64,000 nucleotides of DNA. Origin: Octopus vulgaris (lineage: Eukaryota). The notes beneath the pieces were generated by a model. The model saw only the letters and a program-made list of their open reading frames with translations, made no database searches and had not been told where the DNA came from. Shown piece by piece: positions 14,144-27,667 of this stretch (positions within the stretch are counted from its first letter, which is position 1; every line of letters starts with the position of its first letter). The stretch lies in NCBI GenBank assembly GCA_951406725.2, contig OX597814.1, positions 177,878,001 to 177,942,000 of the forward strand, given 5' to 3'. Made by a program: the position numbers and the translations under genes.

Positions 14144-14180
14144 GTGTATATATATATATATAAATATATATATATATGTA

Positions 14181-14241
<61 letters not shown>

Positions 14242-14245
14242 GTAT
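13890..14245. repeat. Compound (TA)n microsatellite
   Basis: Directly visible. Confidence 0.95.
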
Positions 14246-15100
14246 AGACAAATTCGAACTGATCCACTTTGGAAGGAGGACGCTCTGAAACTCCCATATA
14301 TCTTCCTTCTGGAGAAATTCTCATGGCATCCAACAACATCAGAGACCTGGGAGTAACAGTGGACAACAACATAAGCTGGGCTACACATATAAGCAGCAAA
14401 GTTGACATGGCCCGCAGAATGTGTTCCTGGATTCTCAGAACCTTCCAGTCGAGAGATTCCCACGCTATTATCCTTCTCTTCTCCACTTTTGCCCGACCCC
14501 ACCTTGAATACTGCTGTCCACTGTGGTCTCCCTACACAAAACAAAATATTATGAGAATTGAAGCTCCCCAAAGGTCAATCACAAAAAAGATAGATGGCAT
14601 GTCAGACCTTGACTACTGGGGTAGACTAGAGAAGCTGAAATTGTATTCACTCCAACGACGCCGTGAACGCTACATTATATGTATGATGTGGAAAATATTC
14701 CATCAGCACTGTCCGAATGATGTTGGCATCACCTTCAAAATGCATCCAAGACTTGGACCACGTGCCATCCGTCCACAACAAAAATCTAAATCGCATCACA
14801 TAACGACAATACGGCACAACTATTTCACCTCAATTGGACCCGCTCTCTTCAACATTACACCAGGACACGTCAAAAAAGAAACTGACCACACAAAATTCAA
14901 GAAGTCTTTGGACAAATTCCTTCAAACAGTACCGGACAAACCATCCACACCCGGATATGTCTCCGCAAACAATAACTCTCTGCTCGAATGGGCCTTGGTG
15001 CCCAAATCCTGAACTGAAAGACTTCGCCAGGTGGTGCTATTAAGTTAGACATGGCCTGGGCCAATACTGGCCAAAAACCTTTCTAAGTTATTCTAAGTTA
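14246..15100 (+). mobile_element. 5'-truncated CR1-group LINE (3' 855 bp; ORF2 C-terminus, stop at 15012)
   Basis: The protein from [10 protein letters not shown] to ALVPKS is identical to the C-terminus of ORF 41856-44873; same 3' tail (ttctaagtta)x2; flanked by TA repeats. Confidence 0.95.
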
Positions 15101-15156
15101 TATATGTATGTATAAATTTATATATATATATATAGATATATATATATGTATGTATG

Positions 15157-15224
<68 letters not shown>

Positions 15225-15317
15225 AGAAAGAGAAAGTTTAAGAAAAAACAAAAGACGAAGACAGGTGGTGTACAAAACAAACAGATATATTAGTATAGCG
15301 CTCAGGAATAGAAAAAG

Positions 15318-15351
15318 TCTTACGTTTCGAGCCTACGCTCTTCTACAGAAA
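15318..15351 (-). ncRNA. Minimal hammerhead-like fold with variant core (duplicate at 26625-26658)
   Basis: ttt CTGTAGA a gagc-gtag-gctc GAAA cg TA aga; A6 is replaced by U. Confidence 0.45.
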
Positions 15352-15679
15352 GGTACACAGAACAAAACAAGGAGAGAAAAAAATGTGTGTAGTGGCTCGA
15401 AAGGCAAACATATATACGCTATTTATGTAAATACGAAATCGCTGGTGATCTGACTATGCCCATTGCTGAGAGAGTTAGATTCCTTTGTCCCTCATTAAGA
15501 CAATGCTTATCGTGGCTATGAGTTGTTTTGGCACACATTTCTAGCAATAGCGGTGCTAACTAGCGTCCTTAGCTGCTTTAGTGACGTATGTGTGTGTGTT
15601 TGTGTCTATTTGAGTGTGTATGTAAGGATGTATGTGTATCCATCAAAAGGAGCGGGCGTAAACGAAGATAATGCTTATA

Positions 15680-15911
15680 TACTCTTTCACTTTTTTACTT
15701 GATTCAGTCATTTGACTGCGGCCATGCTGGAGCACCGCCTGTAGTCGAGCTAATGGACACCAAGACTTATTCTTTGTAAGCCTAGTACTTATTCTATCGG
15801 TCTCCTTTGCCGAACCGCTAAGTTACCGGGACGTAAACACACCAGCATCGATTGTCAAGCGATGTTGGGGGGACAAACACAGATACACAAATATATACAC
15901 ACACATACATA

Positions 15912-15993
<82 letters not shown>

Positions 15994-16170
15994 TACACAT
16001 GTATACGACGAGTTTCTTTCAGTTTTCGACTACCGAATCCACTCACAAGGCTTTGGTTGGCCCGAGGCTATAGTAGAAGACACTTGCCCAAGGTACCACG
16101 CAGTGAGACTGAACCCGGAGCTATGTGGTTGGTAAGCAAGCTACTTACGACACCACCACCCCTGCGCCTA
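15680..16170 (-). mobile_element. SINE family A, full-length with internal CA/TA microsatellite
   Basis: Reverse complement of the family A head and tail. Confidence 0.85.
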
Positions 16171-17289
16171 TAATATATGCTGCATATTTATGATTAACAC
16201 AAACTTTCGTTAACTGTGGTTAGACTCCAAACAGACGAATAGCTTAGAAGAATTAAGGAACTTTTTAAAAAATGATGATGGAAATAGAATGAAAATAGGA
16301 AATGAAAGAGATGGGCAGTTTAATAGATATTTAGGAAAATTTCAAGTCTTATGAAAGTGTCGTAGGTGAGTAAGAGAGAGACTTCTGAAAAATATATATA
16401 TGATAAATGAATGTGAGAGATCTGTCTATTTTTCGCTATTCTTTATATTTCTATAAATCTTTTCCTGCTTTTGACATTTTTCAATTTATCTACTTTCCGC
16501 AATCTGTCTCGTGATTATTATAGGAATGGAATGTACAGTTTCCTTCTGTCTTCACGTTCAAATGCAGCTGAAATCGAATTTGCCATTGGAGGTTGATAAA
16601 ATGAGTACCAGTTGAGCACTAGGGTCGATGTAATTACACTTCTTCTCTCACCAAAATAGCTGGCCTTGTGTCAGAATTCGAAACCATTATGTTTATTAAG
16701 GTGTAAGTAGCTTATACGTGCACTACGCGTTCTGAGCGTCAACGGAAAGTGACATACAGTTATATTTCTAGGTGAGAAGTTCAGCCTGCCTCAGGGGACG
16801 CCCTTATGTAGGTAGCATTTCTAGACCTTCTGTATAAGGCTTGCAGACTTTAGGAGGCGGTGAACTCAGGGGCTACTCTGGACTACAAACTCTCTTGCTA
16901 TGCCACTGGGGAAATGGCAAAGTTTTCCCAAATAACAATTTTAAAATTTGAGCCTAATAAAGAATGTGGTTCGATGCTAATTAACCGGTAGTCTCCATTC
17001 CATTATATGCATATACCTTACACTCAAATTTTTAGATATGGGGAATAATTTAGTATTATATTCCGTGTATACGAGCATGTACACCCATGCTTGAGTATTC
17101 ACGCTATCAGAGTCACAGCCTAAAGAAACTAAGTGAGCCAAGGCACAAAGTCTGCTTGTACGTTTATTGGTTTGTAACACATACACACACAAACTGATGC
17201 ATTTACAGGTATGCTTGAATCTATTCCATACTTACATAGCTCCTACTACCTTTTATCCGGAAATATACAATCCATCATTCCGTAGTCTC

Positions 17290-17880
17290 ATTATAGATGT
17301 TTCCGTAGACCTGAACTCCTGCTCTTATAAACCTTACCATAGGCCCGACGAGAAACTTTCTTATATACGTAAATTCATAAATAGTCTTGTCACCCCACCC
17401 CTGTAGTATTTAAAGGCCTCGTAGTTAGTCACAAATTCTAACCTCTCTTCCTCTAAAGAAATTTTCGAGAAGGCAGCTCCCTACTACAACAGCGTCCTAG
17501 CCAATAGTGGCTTTAAGTGTAAATCAATATATAACCCCTCTAATATTAATCGGAATAATAATAGCAGGCCTAAAAATAGCTTTGTTGCCAACTCCCTATT
17601 CCATTAATGTAAAACCTAATATCGATAAAAGATTCCTGTCTCTCATACACAAACATTTTCCAGAAAATGACAGAAACAGGAAAATATTTAACAGGCGCGC
17701 AGTCAAATTAATATATAGCTCTTGCTTCAATATGAAAATCGTCATTAAATAAAAAGAACTGGAAGAGCCCACTCCTAGTTGAACTTGTTAGACCCAGGAA
17801 CCTGTCCAGGAACCCGACCAGGGATGTATGATCAAATCCGTCATATATGTGACAGAAGTTATGCAGATTCTAACAAGGAT
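17290..17880 (+). mobile_element. Penelope-like element ORF remnant (RT C-terminus/linker towards GIY-YIG); duplicate at ~29214-29804
   Basis: DVSVDLNSCSYKPYHRPDEKLSYI, SSSKEIFEKAAPYYNSVLANSGF and PYSINVKPNIDKRFLSLIHKHFP...KIFNRRAVKLIYS resemble PLE motifs (PPYS.NVKTNIG.FL.LI.KHFP...KIFNRNTVK.SYS); frameshifted. Confidence 0.75.
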
Positions 17881-18001
17881 TTGGAGTAGTTTGTTCTATT
17901 GGCGTAGGAACAAAATGCATATATTGTGTATTTGTAACCGATAATGCTTACATTACTAGGCTTGCTTTCAATTTGTAAGTTGAAATACATACATTCATAC
18001 G

Positions 18002-18102
<101 letters not shown>

Positions 18103-19007
18103 GAAAGAAGGTTTGAAAATGCAATTTAAAAGATGTTTATTTACTTTACCGGTTTCACTCTTTGGAAAAAGATTGTCAAAAGTTGTTGCAAATTGCTACA
18201 TTACATATATACAGTCTTTGGTAACAGGGATATGTTAAGGACATAACAAAGTTGAACAAGTTCCTTAAAATATTGGGCACAAAAGATTACATAAATAATC
18301 GTTCTCAAGGACATACTAAGATAGTTTCCAGAAGGAATTTATATTGGTATTGTATCTGTATATTCAAACATGCACAGAATATGCACTAAATGCACTAGAT
18401 GAAGCGCTAAATTTAAGAGCTCTGTTATTTATTCAAACATGTAGTTGAAAATTTAATATATGATTTCTTCAAGACAATATTCATAACAAAAAAGAGTTTC
18501 ACTCGAATTAAAATTGGTTGAAGTGATTAATCAGAGAAACATATTTAGAAGAATGGAAAAGGAACATCTTAATGTCATATCAAAATTTCATTATTATATT
18601 CTACAGCTGTTTCCACAGTTTAAATGCAAACATTAGCAGTCACATAATTATTATATAATTAATATATAATTAATTAAAGTGAACGAAATTGTTTAGTTAT
18701 TTCGACGAAATTAATTAATTGGGTATTAATTACTTAATGATCATATGTTTCTTACATGACATCTGTAGAACATAATAACGAACGTTGAAATATTCGGACC
18801 ACACACAGAAACACACCCACACAACACGCGCACGTTCGCGCAAATCACCTCAATAACGAACGCCCACAAAAATTTCAGGAGTAAACGAAAATGTTATATA
18901 CTCTGAATTTGTTCCCAAAGCGTATAACAAAAAGCGAATGAAGAGATTCTATGTTCTGTTTTAATTAAATGGAAACTCAGAGCATACACAGAGGTACATA
19001 CCTCCGC

Positions 19008-19079
<72 letters not shown>

Positions 19080-19082
<3 letters not shown>

Positions 19083-19470
19083 GGGTCTTCCTATGATGCT
19101 GACATGCAGTGTCTGTGCAAGACCCTGCCTCAGTAGAGCTGGACCCAAGAGTCATTTTCGTAGTCATAAAGCGAGACAGATGAATGATAACTTGGCCACT
19201 GGTGGTGGTGTGACACACCATACTAATCATATCTGCCAGGCATGTGGAAGAGAGTGTAATTCGGCAGGAAGAATTAAACAACATGCAAAGGTACATGAAG
19301 CCAAGTTACAACTACAGCCGGTTATTACCGGTAATGTTCTTAGCTGCCAGTTCTGTACAAGACATTGTAGATCTTTAGCTGGGCTAAAAAGTCACATTCG
19401 ATTACAGCACCAATAACAGTTAAGCTTCGTGCAATGGCCATACTCAATAACGAGTGGGCAACCATTATAT
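19080..19470 (+). mobile_element. Probable RTE-type LINE 3' end encoding three C2H2 zinc fingers; duplicate at ~31008-31398
   Basis: CSVCARPCLSRAGPKSHFRSH, CQACGRECNSAGRIKQHAKVH, CQFCTRHCRSLAGLKSHIRLQH, stop at 19416. No TGEKP linkers; starts abruptly after (TATG)n; short 3' tail. Confidence 0.6.
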
Positions 19471-19627
19471 GTTTATATATAAATTTGTTTTTTTTTTAGA
19501 ATGACATAAAAAACCAAGGGTGTGAAGATTTTAGAAGCTGTAAGTCCTATTTATAAAAAATCTAAAATGTTCACAGCCTTGGCTGCAAAGTAAAAAGAAT
19601 TACACAGCCATGTTTACATACATTTAA

Positions 19628-20458
19628 GCGCAGGCGTGTGTGTATAGTAAGACGCTTGCTTTTCAATCACATGGTTCCAGGTTAAGTCCCACTGCGTTGT
19701 ATCTTGAGGAAGTGTAATCTGCTATTGCCTCGAGCAGACCAAAACCTTGTGAGTGGATTTAGTTGACAGAAAGTGAAAGAAGCCTGTCGTACACACACAC
19801 TCATATATGTGTATGTGTGTATGTGTGCGTGTGCATATATGTGTGTGTCTGTGTGTGTATATGCATGTGACTGTGTGTGTATATGTGTGTGTATGTGTGT
19901 GTATGCGTATATTATTAAAGGAGGGAAATTGCCTTCTATCCGATATCTGATGAGGAGTTGGTGACCGTGCATGTCTGCTGTCCGTTTGTGCATTTATTAT
20001 ATATTCTTTACTTTATATATGTACATATATACATGACTAGCAGTATCGCCCGGCGTTGCTCGGGTTTGTAAGGGAAATAACTATAAAGCATTTTTAGAGA
20101 GTTATAGCCAAAAGATAGCAAAAAAATGGGAAAAAATTATGGTAAATTTTTTTTTTAGAGTTAAAAAGGTCGAGTTGCGTCCCCTAGACAGTCTGTGGTT
20201 TGTGTTTCTGATTCTCGACCCCATGTCGAATTTATCGGTTTTTTTCACAACTGGGGGAACTTTTCAAAATTTTCGCTGCGTTAGTTTTGAATTATGACAT
20301 TGGGCTATGTGTGTGTCAAGTTTCATCAGAATCGGTTGAAAGCCGTGGTCAGGGTGAGGGTACAACCTAACAGACACACAGACACGCACACAGACAAACT
20401 GCCGTTTATATATAGAGAGATGAGTGTCTGAGTATGTGTGTTTGTATGTCTGTACCTA

Positions 20459-20521
<63 letters not shown>

Positions 20522-20750
20522 GTATATGTATGTCCCTTTGTGTCAATGTTTGTCCACCACTGCCGCTTGACAACCAATGTGTTTGTGTGCTTACGTCCTT
20601 GTAAATTAGTAGCTCGGCGAAAGACCGATAGAATAACTAACATCTTTAAAAATAAACAACACAAGTTGTGGGGTCCATTTCTTCGACTAAAACTCTTCCG
20701 GGTGGTGCCCCGCGATGGCCGCAGTCAAATTACTAAAATACGTAAAAGAT
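19628..20750 (+). mobile_element. SINE family A (head ~19628-19790, tail ~20530-20750), interrupted by a Helitron; duplicate at ~31556-32680
   Basis: Diverged family A head and tail separated by microsatellite and inserts. Confidence 0.7.
20037..20420 (-). mobile_element. Non-autonomous Helitron
   Basis: Minus strand starts with TC after an A and ends in hairpin cccgagcaacgccggg + cgatactgCTAG followed by T; no TSD; homologous to 27288-27667. Confidence 0.8.
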
Positions 20751-20852
20751 AGAAGATAGAGGAAAAAGTCACACACACACACACATATGTATATATACAT
20801 AGATGCATACACACACGCACATACACATACAAATGCATATACACACAAACTC

Positions 20853-20887
<35 letters not shown>

Positions 20888-21356
20888 GGCTTGCACATAT
20901 ATGTGTTTATATAATATATATATATATGTCTTCATATGTATACATGTATACACACATAAATATATTCATACACATACACATTTACACAGGTGCATATTAC
21001 GTTTCTTGGGATGAACATTATCGATGTATCGCTACATTACCTTTCCTCTTCCAATCAACTTCCCCCTAGTGACCGTGCCAAATATTTGGACACAATCGCC
21101 GCCAAGAAAGATGGCAGAGTCGTAACTTCGAGAAAATGAATGTACATACATAATAATGCCTTAAATATGTATATAGTGTACTGGAAACTTTTTCAGCGTC
21201 AATAATCAACAAAGTACGTATACTTGTATACGCTGAAACAAAGAAACGTATCCGTATGTATATCTACACATGTATGATTTTACATAAGCGTGTTGTTTAT
21301 CTGAAGTATAAGTATATAAGTTTATCTGAAGTATAAGTATAAGTATAAGTATATAA

Positions 21357-21625
21357 GCAGGGTGGAGGGTGTTTATAAGCTGTTTAAAAACACACAGAAC
21401 CCATCATAAAATTCACAGCAACATTTAAATTTAATTTGCGAAAATATTTTCGTCGCTTTGAAACCGAGACATCTTCACTGACAAAATTTCGGGCTGCATC
21501 AGAATTTTGTCAGTGAACTGGTCGCCGTTTCAAAGCGATGAAAATATTTTGACAAATTTAAAAGTTGAATTGGATTAATGGTTTTTGTGCGTTTATAAAT
21601 TGATTCTAAACACCTTCCACGCTGC
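21357..21625. repeat. Imperfect palindromic element with hammerhead-like topology in both arms; duplicate at 33287-33555
   Basis: Ends gcagggtggagggtgttta / taaacaccttccacgctgc; inner arms ~21435-21489 and ~21503-21560. Confidence 0.7.
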
Positions 21626-21944
21626 AATTGATTTTGTTTCAGCACACGATCTCACATGAGATCATTTGCTATGCAAGTACATTTCCCTAACATGTATATA
21701 GTCGAAAGACACCTGTTGTCATGTTGTTATGTCCTGTTATTATTTTTATTGTATTTTTTTTATTGTATTTATATTTGTGTAACGTTGTCCTTTTTTTCCG
21801 TCCGTGTTTTTGTATACATTCAAGTTTATTCAGCTGTAGAAATGAATTACGGCGTTATTGGTGCTAAGATGTATTAGTATTTGCCTTTCCCATGGATATC
21901 GTCGGTAGCATGGAGAGGAGAACCTGGTATGCTTAGGTAATTGC

Positions 21945-22380
21945 TGGTCTTCCTTGCCTGAACTTCTACTATATGGCTCAGAAACCTGGACGTTATCGAA
22001 GAAGCTTGAGAGGCGGTTGGATGGAACCTACACTCGCCTCCTTATGAGAGCTCAAAATCTATCGTGGAAGCGCCATCCAACCAAAATGCAAATATATGGG
22101 AAACTGCCACCTGTGTCATCTCTTGTGAAAGGTAGGAGAGTCCAGTTTGCTGGACATTGTTGTAGAGCTGAAAAAGAAGTAATTTCTACTCTTCTCCTCT
22201 GGAAGCCCATCTACTCGCAATACCAGAGGGCGCACATTCTCCTACACTGATGTAATTTCCAGGGATACAAGCATCCAGCAACAGGACCTCCGTAATGCCA
22301 TGATGGACCGTGAAGTCTGGCGTAGCATGGTAAATTCCATTGTCTCGACCACGGTCGAACAATGATGGTGATGATGATTG
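21945..22380 (+). mobile_element. RTE-clade LINE 3' fragment; duplicate at ~33875-34310
   Basis: LLYGSETWTLSKKLERRLDGTYTRLLMRAQNLSW...RRVQFAGHCCR, AMMDREVWRSMV, then a (TGA)n-like tail. Confidence 0.88.
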
Positions 22381-22593
22381 CCTGGACTTGTGCTTCGGAA
22401 GGGAACTTTGTGGGTGTGATCCTATGGTAATTCATGACCCAACAGAGTCCTTTATCTTTCATCTAGTTATGAATTATATACATATGTAAAAATATGAATT
22501 TCTTCAATCCACTAAACTCAAATGCAGAATACCTGAGACGCAGTGCGTGTTTGCTTGTGTGTATCTGCGTGTGTGTATTCATGTATATATATA

Positions 22594-22828
22594 TTTCTTT
22601 ACTACCCACAAGGGGCTAAACATAGAGGGGACAAACAAAGACAGACAAAGGGATTAAGTGGATTACATCGATCGACCCCAGTGCGTAACTGGTACTTTAT
22701 TTATCGACCCCGAAGGGATGAAAGTTAAAGTCGACCTCGGCGGAATTTGAACTCAGAACGTAACGGCAGACGAAATACAGCTACGCATTTCGCCCGGCGT
22801 GCTAACGATTCTGCCAGCTCGCCGCCTT
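22594..22828 (-). mobile_element. SINE family B; duplicate at 34524-34758
   Basis: Minus strand ggcggcgagctggcagaatcgttagc...gagttcaaattccgcc (B box)...tgtgggtagtaaagaaat. Confidence 0.85.
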
Positions 22829-23304
22829 GTATATATATTGCCTTCATGTATATATATTGCCCCATATATGCATGTATGATTGTTTGCACTTATGTATTTA
22901 TATAATCATGAGTATAAGTTTGTAAATGCGCACATATACATGTGTGCACGATATACATAATTTCACGTATGAATATATACGTATACATAAATTTGCATAT
23001 CATCACCTTTATAAACAAGCGTATTAAATATTTTACACATTTACACAGTCTCGAATGGTTTGTATCTGCAAACGCTAAATTAGCCGTGTTTTTCTTGGTT
23101 CTGTGATACTTACGTTTCTCAAGAATGGGGCTGATACTCTTAATTACGCATTGTTAATTACACATGGTTAATTACGCATTGTAATGGATTGAAGGACGCG
23201 TTCAATGGATTGAAGGACGCGTTCATGTATATATGAATCTATGTGTGTGTGACTGTATATGTTTGTATACAAATAATAATTTGTTTTAAATGTAAGTTTT
23301 ATAG

Positions 23305-23697
23305 CCGAGTGGCTGTGGGGTAAATAGCTTGCTTACCAACCACATGGTTCCGGGTTCAGTCCTACTGCGTGGCATCTTGGGCAGGTGTCTTCTATTATAG
23401 CCTGGGTCGACCAAAGCCTTGTGAGTGGATTTGGTAGACGGAAACTGAAACAAGCCCGTCGTATATATGTATATATATATGTGTTTGTGTGTCTCTGTTT
23501 GTCCCACCCCCAGCATCGCTTGACAACCGATGCTGGTGAGTTTACGTCCTCGTAACCTAGCGGTTCAGCAAAGGAGACCGATAGAATAAGTACTAGGCTT
23601 ACAAAGAATAAGTTCTGGGGTCGATTTGCTAGGACTAAAGGCGGTGCTCCAGCATGGCCGCAGTCAAATGACTGAAACAAGTAAAAGAGTAAAGAGT
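23305..23697 (+). mobile_element. SINE family A, full-length; duplicate at 35235-35627
   Basis: Head, short TA/TG spacer and tail ending gtaaaagagtaaagag. Confidence 0.88.
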
Positions 23698-24671
23698 ATG
23701 TAAATATTTGTAAATTTTATGTTTAAATATATAACGATTGATATATGCTCTTATTTATATTACGTGTAAATTAATACTTTCTTAATTCAAGAGCTTATGC
23801 ATTTTCTCTGTGAGAATTTGGGAGATCTCAAATAAGAGATTGGATTATAAATGTATATGATGGATGTCACGTTTTACTTTTGCTCTCAAGATCTCAAGAG
23901 TTAATCATACAACATAGCTGTTAGCAAAATGTTTTGAGGCTTCGAGATACTTGAATTAATTTATGTAAAAAAATCCACGTACATGCTTCTCTCTTACGCA
24001 TGCACAGATGCAATGCACCCACAAAAACATACGCAAAAAAAGAAGAAAGAGAGAGAGAGAAAAAAATCCAGTTCTATTTATGTATGTATTGTAATTAATA
24101 AAACAGTAAATATACATAAGTTAATAAAAATATCCGTGTGTCTGTGTGTGTGCATAAAAATACAGTTGTCTGTAAGTGTCTGTGTGTGCAAGTGTGAATG
24201 TGGGTATTTATGCATAACTGCGTAATACTTATACAGTGATAATTCACTCCGAATTTGCTATATGACGTGTAAACAACTTTTTCGTGATATATTAATCATG
24301 TTTTAATATAATCATTCTGATTTTGCAAATAGAAAAACCGCACAGGGCAAATATTCAGAACGTCTATAGATATACCTATATGCCTACACCTTTTCATATG
24401 TGCGTTCATGGTTACATACCGATAATCATCGATATGTAAGTGTGTCACTATATAGAGTAGGCTTGCGCTAAATATTAATAATCATCTAAATGCAACAGGA
24501 TGGAAATAAATTTGAATAATCATATTTGCATTCTGATTATTTTTCACTCACCAGATTGAAATATATATTCACCTCCCTTCGTGTTACGCATAAACAGACA
24601 GCCCACATACATAAGTCTATGTGAGCGCAAACGCACGTACGCAGGCACAATCACAGACCAGCACACGCACA

Positions 24672-24768
<97 letters not shown>

Positions 24769-25267
24769 GGTTTCGAGTCAGTGACGTGTCCACAACAGGT
24801 ATTTTGTCTCCAGACGGATACATCATTTATTACTTCTTGGCGTGACAATTTCGCAATTTTTAGAATCCTGAAATTATCTCCCCTATTGCTTTAAGGTCGG
24901 TATCACTTTGTACCAACCGATAGTATTACACACTCTGGAAGCGGAGGCTAAGAATTTCTCTTGTATGATATTCAATAGACCCTTGTTCGACGTTGCTGTT
25001 CTAATACGTGCTACTGGTTAATCTGGATTGTGACGCTTACCTCATTTTCATTATACATACATACATATTATATAACGTAACTTATTATATAACGTAACGT
25101 ATTATATAACGTATTATGTGTTCCCCGTTACAGATGTTTCATTTACTAACAGGAATCACAAAGTTACATATATTTATACATAATTCTTTAGTCAGAGAAT
25201 CAAATATTACCTGTATTTTTTTATTCCATGTCTGAAGAATTTCTAATAGAAAATTTCTTACATTCTT

Positions 25268-25452
25268 TTATTCTTTTACTTGACTGTAGCCATGCTTGAG
25301 CATTGCCTTTAGTCGAACAAATCGACCCCAGGACCTATTCTTCGTAAGCTTAGTACTTATTCTATTAGTGTCTTTGGCCAAACCACTATGCTACGGGGAC
25401 GTAAACACACCAGCATCAGCATCAAGCGATGGTGGCGGGGACAAACACAGGC
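25268..25452 (-). mobile_element. SINE family A tail; duplicate at ~37196-37380
   Basis: Homology to the family A tail. Confidence 0.75.
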
Positions 25453-25509
25453 ACACATATACATACATATAAAATAAGTAACTTTATTAGATGTAACTTT
25501 CTCTGCGTA

Positions 25510-25896
25510 TGGGGGAAGCACTCCGTCGGTTACGACGACGAGGGTTCCGGTTGATCCGAATCAACGGAACAGCCTGCTCGTGAAATTAACGTGTAAGTGG
25601 CTGAGCACTCCACAGACACGTGCACCCTTAACGTAGTTCTCGGGGATATTCAGCGTGACACAGAGAGTGACAAGGCCGGCCCTTTGAAATACAGGTACAA
25701 CAGAAACAGGAAGTAAGAGTGAGAGAAATTTGTGGTGAAAGAGTACAGCAGGGATCACCACCATCCCCTACTGGAGCCTCGTGGAGCTTTAGGTGTTTTC
25801 GCTCAATAAACACTCACAACGCCCGGTCTGGGAATCGAAACCGCGATCCTACGACCGCGAGTCCGCTGCCCTAACCACTGGGCCATTACGCCTCCT
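25510..25896 (-). mobile_element. tRNA-derived SINE family C, full-length; duplicate at 37438-37824
   Basis: Minus-strand head tggcccagtggttagggcagcgg...gtttcgattccc; GC-rich body. Confidence 0.85.
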
Positions 25897-26412
25897 CTCT
25901 GCGTATACTATACCATTAGACTTTCTTGCAAGGGAAGTTGCGAATCTATTGGTAAAATCCCAAATTTGTAATAATATTATAAAAGATACATTTTACATTT
26001 CATTAGAAAAGCGTAAAATAGTAAATGTCCTAATAACCCGGAATACGAAGACCTCTTGTATTTTTTCTATACAAATGCGTATGTCTGCATCTCTCTCTTT
26101 CTTTCTTTCATTCATTCATTCATTCATTCATTCATTCATTCATTCAGTCATTCATTCTTTCTTTCTTTCTTTCTTTCCTTCGCTCTCTCTTTCTCTTCTG
26201 CACACACATCTACACATACACATATATTAATCAATGAAATTCCAACTTAATTTGATTTTCACCTTTTATAATTTGTAATTTTTACAATTTTACAACCTGA
26301 CAACTTTACAATTTTACAATATTGAAAAAAACAAAACAAACTAGTACTTTCATGCATTATGCAATCATCAGGTTTAAGTTGTGACAGTCGTGTTCCACAA
26401 ATCTGGAGCACG

Positions 26413-26512
26413 NNNNNNNNNNNNNNNNNNNNNNNNNNNNNNNNNNNNNNNNNNNNNNNNNNNNNNNNNNNNNNNNNNNNNNNNNNNNNNNNNNNNNNNN
26501 NNNNNNNNNNNN
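26413..26512. other. Assembly gap (100 N)
   Basis: Run of N. Confidence 1.
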
Positions 26513-27227
26513 GAGAGAGAGAGAGAGAGAGAGAAAGAGAAAGTTTAAGAAAAAACAAAAGACGAAGACAGGTGGTGTACAAAACAAACAGATATATTAG
26601 TATAGCGCTCAGGAATAGAAAAAGTCTTACGTTTCGAGCCTACGCTCTTCTACAGAAAGGTACACAGAACAAAACAAGGAGAGGAAAAAATGTGTGTAGT
26701 GGCTCGAAAGGCAAACATATATACGCTATTTATGTAAATACGAAATCGCTGGTGATCTGACTATGCCCATTGCTGAGAGAGTTAGATTCCTTTGTCCCTC
26801 ATTAAGACAATGCTTATCGTGGCTATGAGTTGTTTTGGCACACATTTCTAGCAATAGCGGTGCTAACTAGCGTCCTTAGCTGCTTTAGTGACGTATGTGT
26901 GTGTGTTTGTGTCTATTTGAGTGTGTATGTAAGGATGTATGTGTATCCATCAAAAGGAGCGGGCGTAAACGAAGATAATGCTTATATACTCTTTCACTTT
27001 TTTACTTGATTCAGTCATTTGACTGCGGCCATGCTGGAGCACCGCCTGTAGTCGAGCTAATGGACACCAAGACTTATTCTTTGTAAGCCTAGTACTTATT
27101 CTATCGGTCTCCTTTGCCGAACCGCTAAGTTACCGGGACGTAAACACACCAGCATCGATTGTCAAGCGATGTTGGGGGGACACAGATACACAAATATATA
27201 CACACACATACATACACACATACACAC

Positions 27228-27287
<60 letters not shown>

Positions 27288-27288
<1 letters not shown>

Positions 27289-27667
27289 CTCTCTATATAA
27301 ACGGCAGTTTGTCTGTGCGTTTTTCTGTGTGTCTGTTTGCTTGTACCCTCACCCTGACCACGGCTTTCAACCGATTCTGATGAAACTTGACACACACATA
27401 GCCCAATGTCATAATTCAAAACTAACGCAGCGAAAATTTTGAAAAGTTCCCCCAGTTCTGAAAAAAATCGATAAATTCGACATGGGGTCGAGAATCAGAA
27501 ACACAAACCGCAAACTGTCTAGGGGACGCAACTCCACCTTTTTTAACTAAAAAAAAATTTACCATCATTTTTTTCCATTTTTTTGCTATTTTTTGGCTAT
27601 AACTCTCTAAAAATGCTTTATAGTTATTTCCCTTACAAACCTGAGCAACGCCGGGCGATACTGCTAG
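27288..27667 (+). mobile_element. Non-autonomous Helitron (absent from duplication copy 1)
   Basis: A|TC...cctgagcaacgccggg cgatactgCTAG|T; same family as 20037-20420. Confidence 0.82.

Noticed and set aside
14246-15100. LINE fragment as a mis-assembled copy of the 41.8-kb element
   Set aside because: It has its own substitutions and a distinct 5' junction, so it is more likely an independent insertion.
19920-19990. CTGATGA as a possible hammerhead core
   Set aside because: No correctly placed downstream GAAA or stems.
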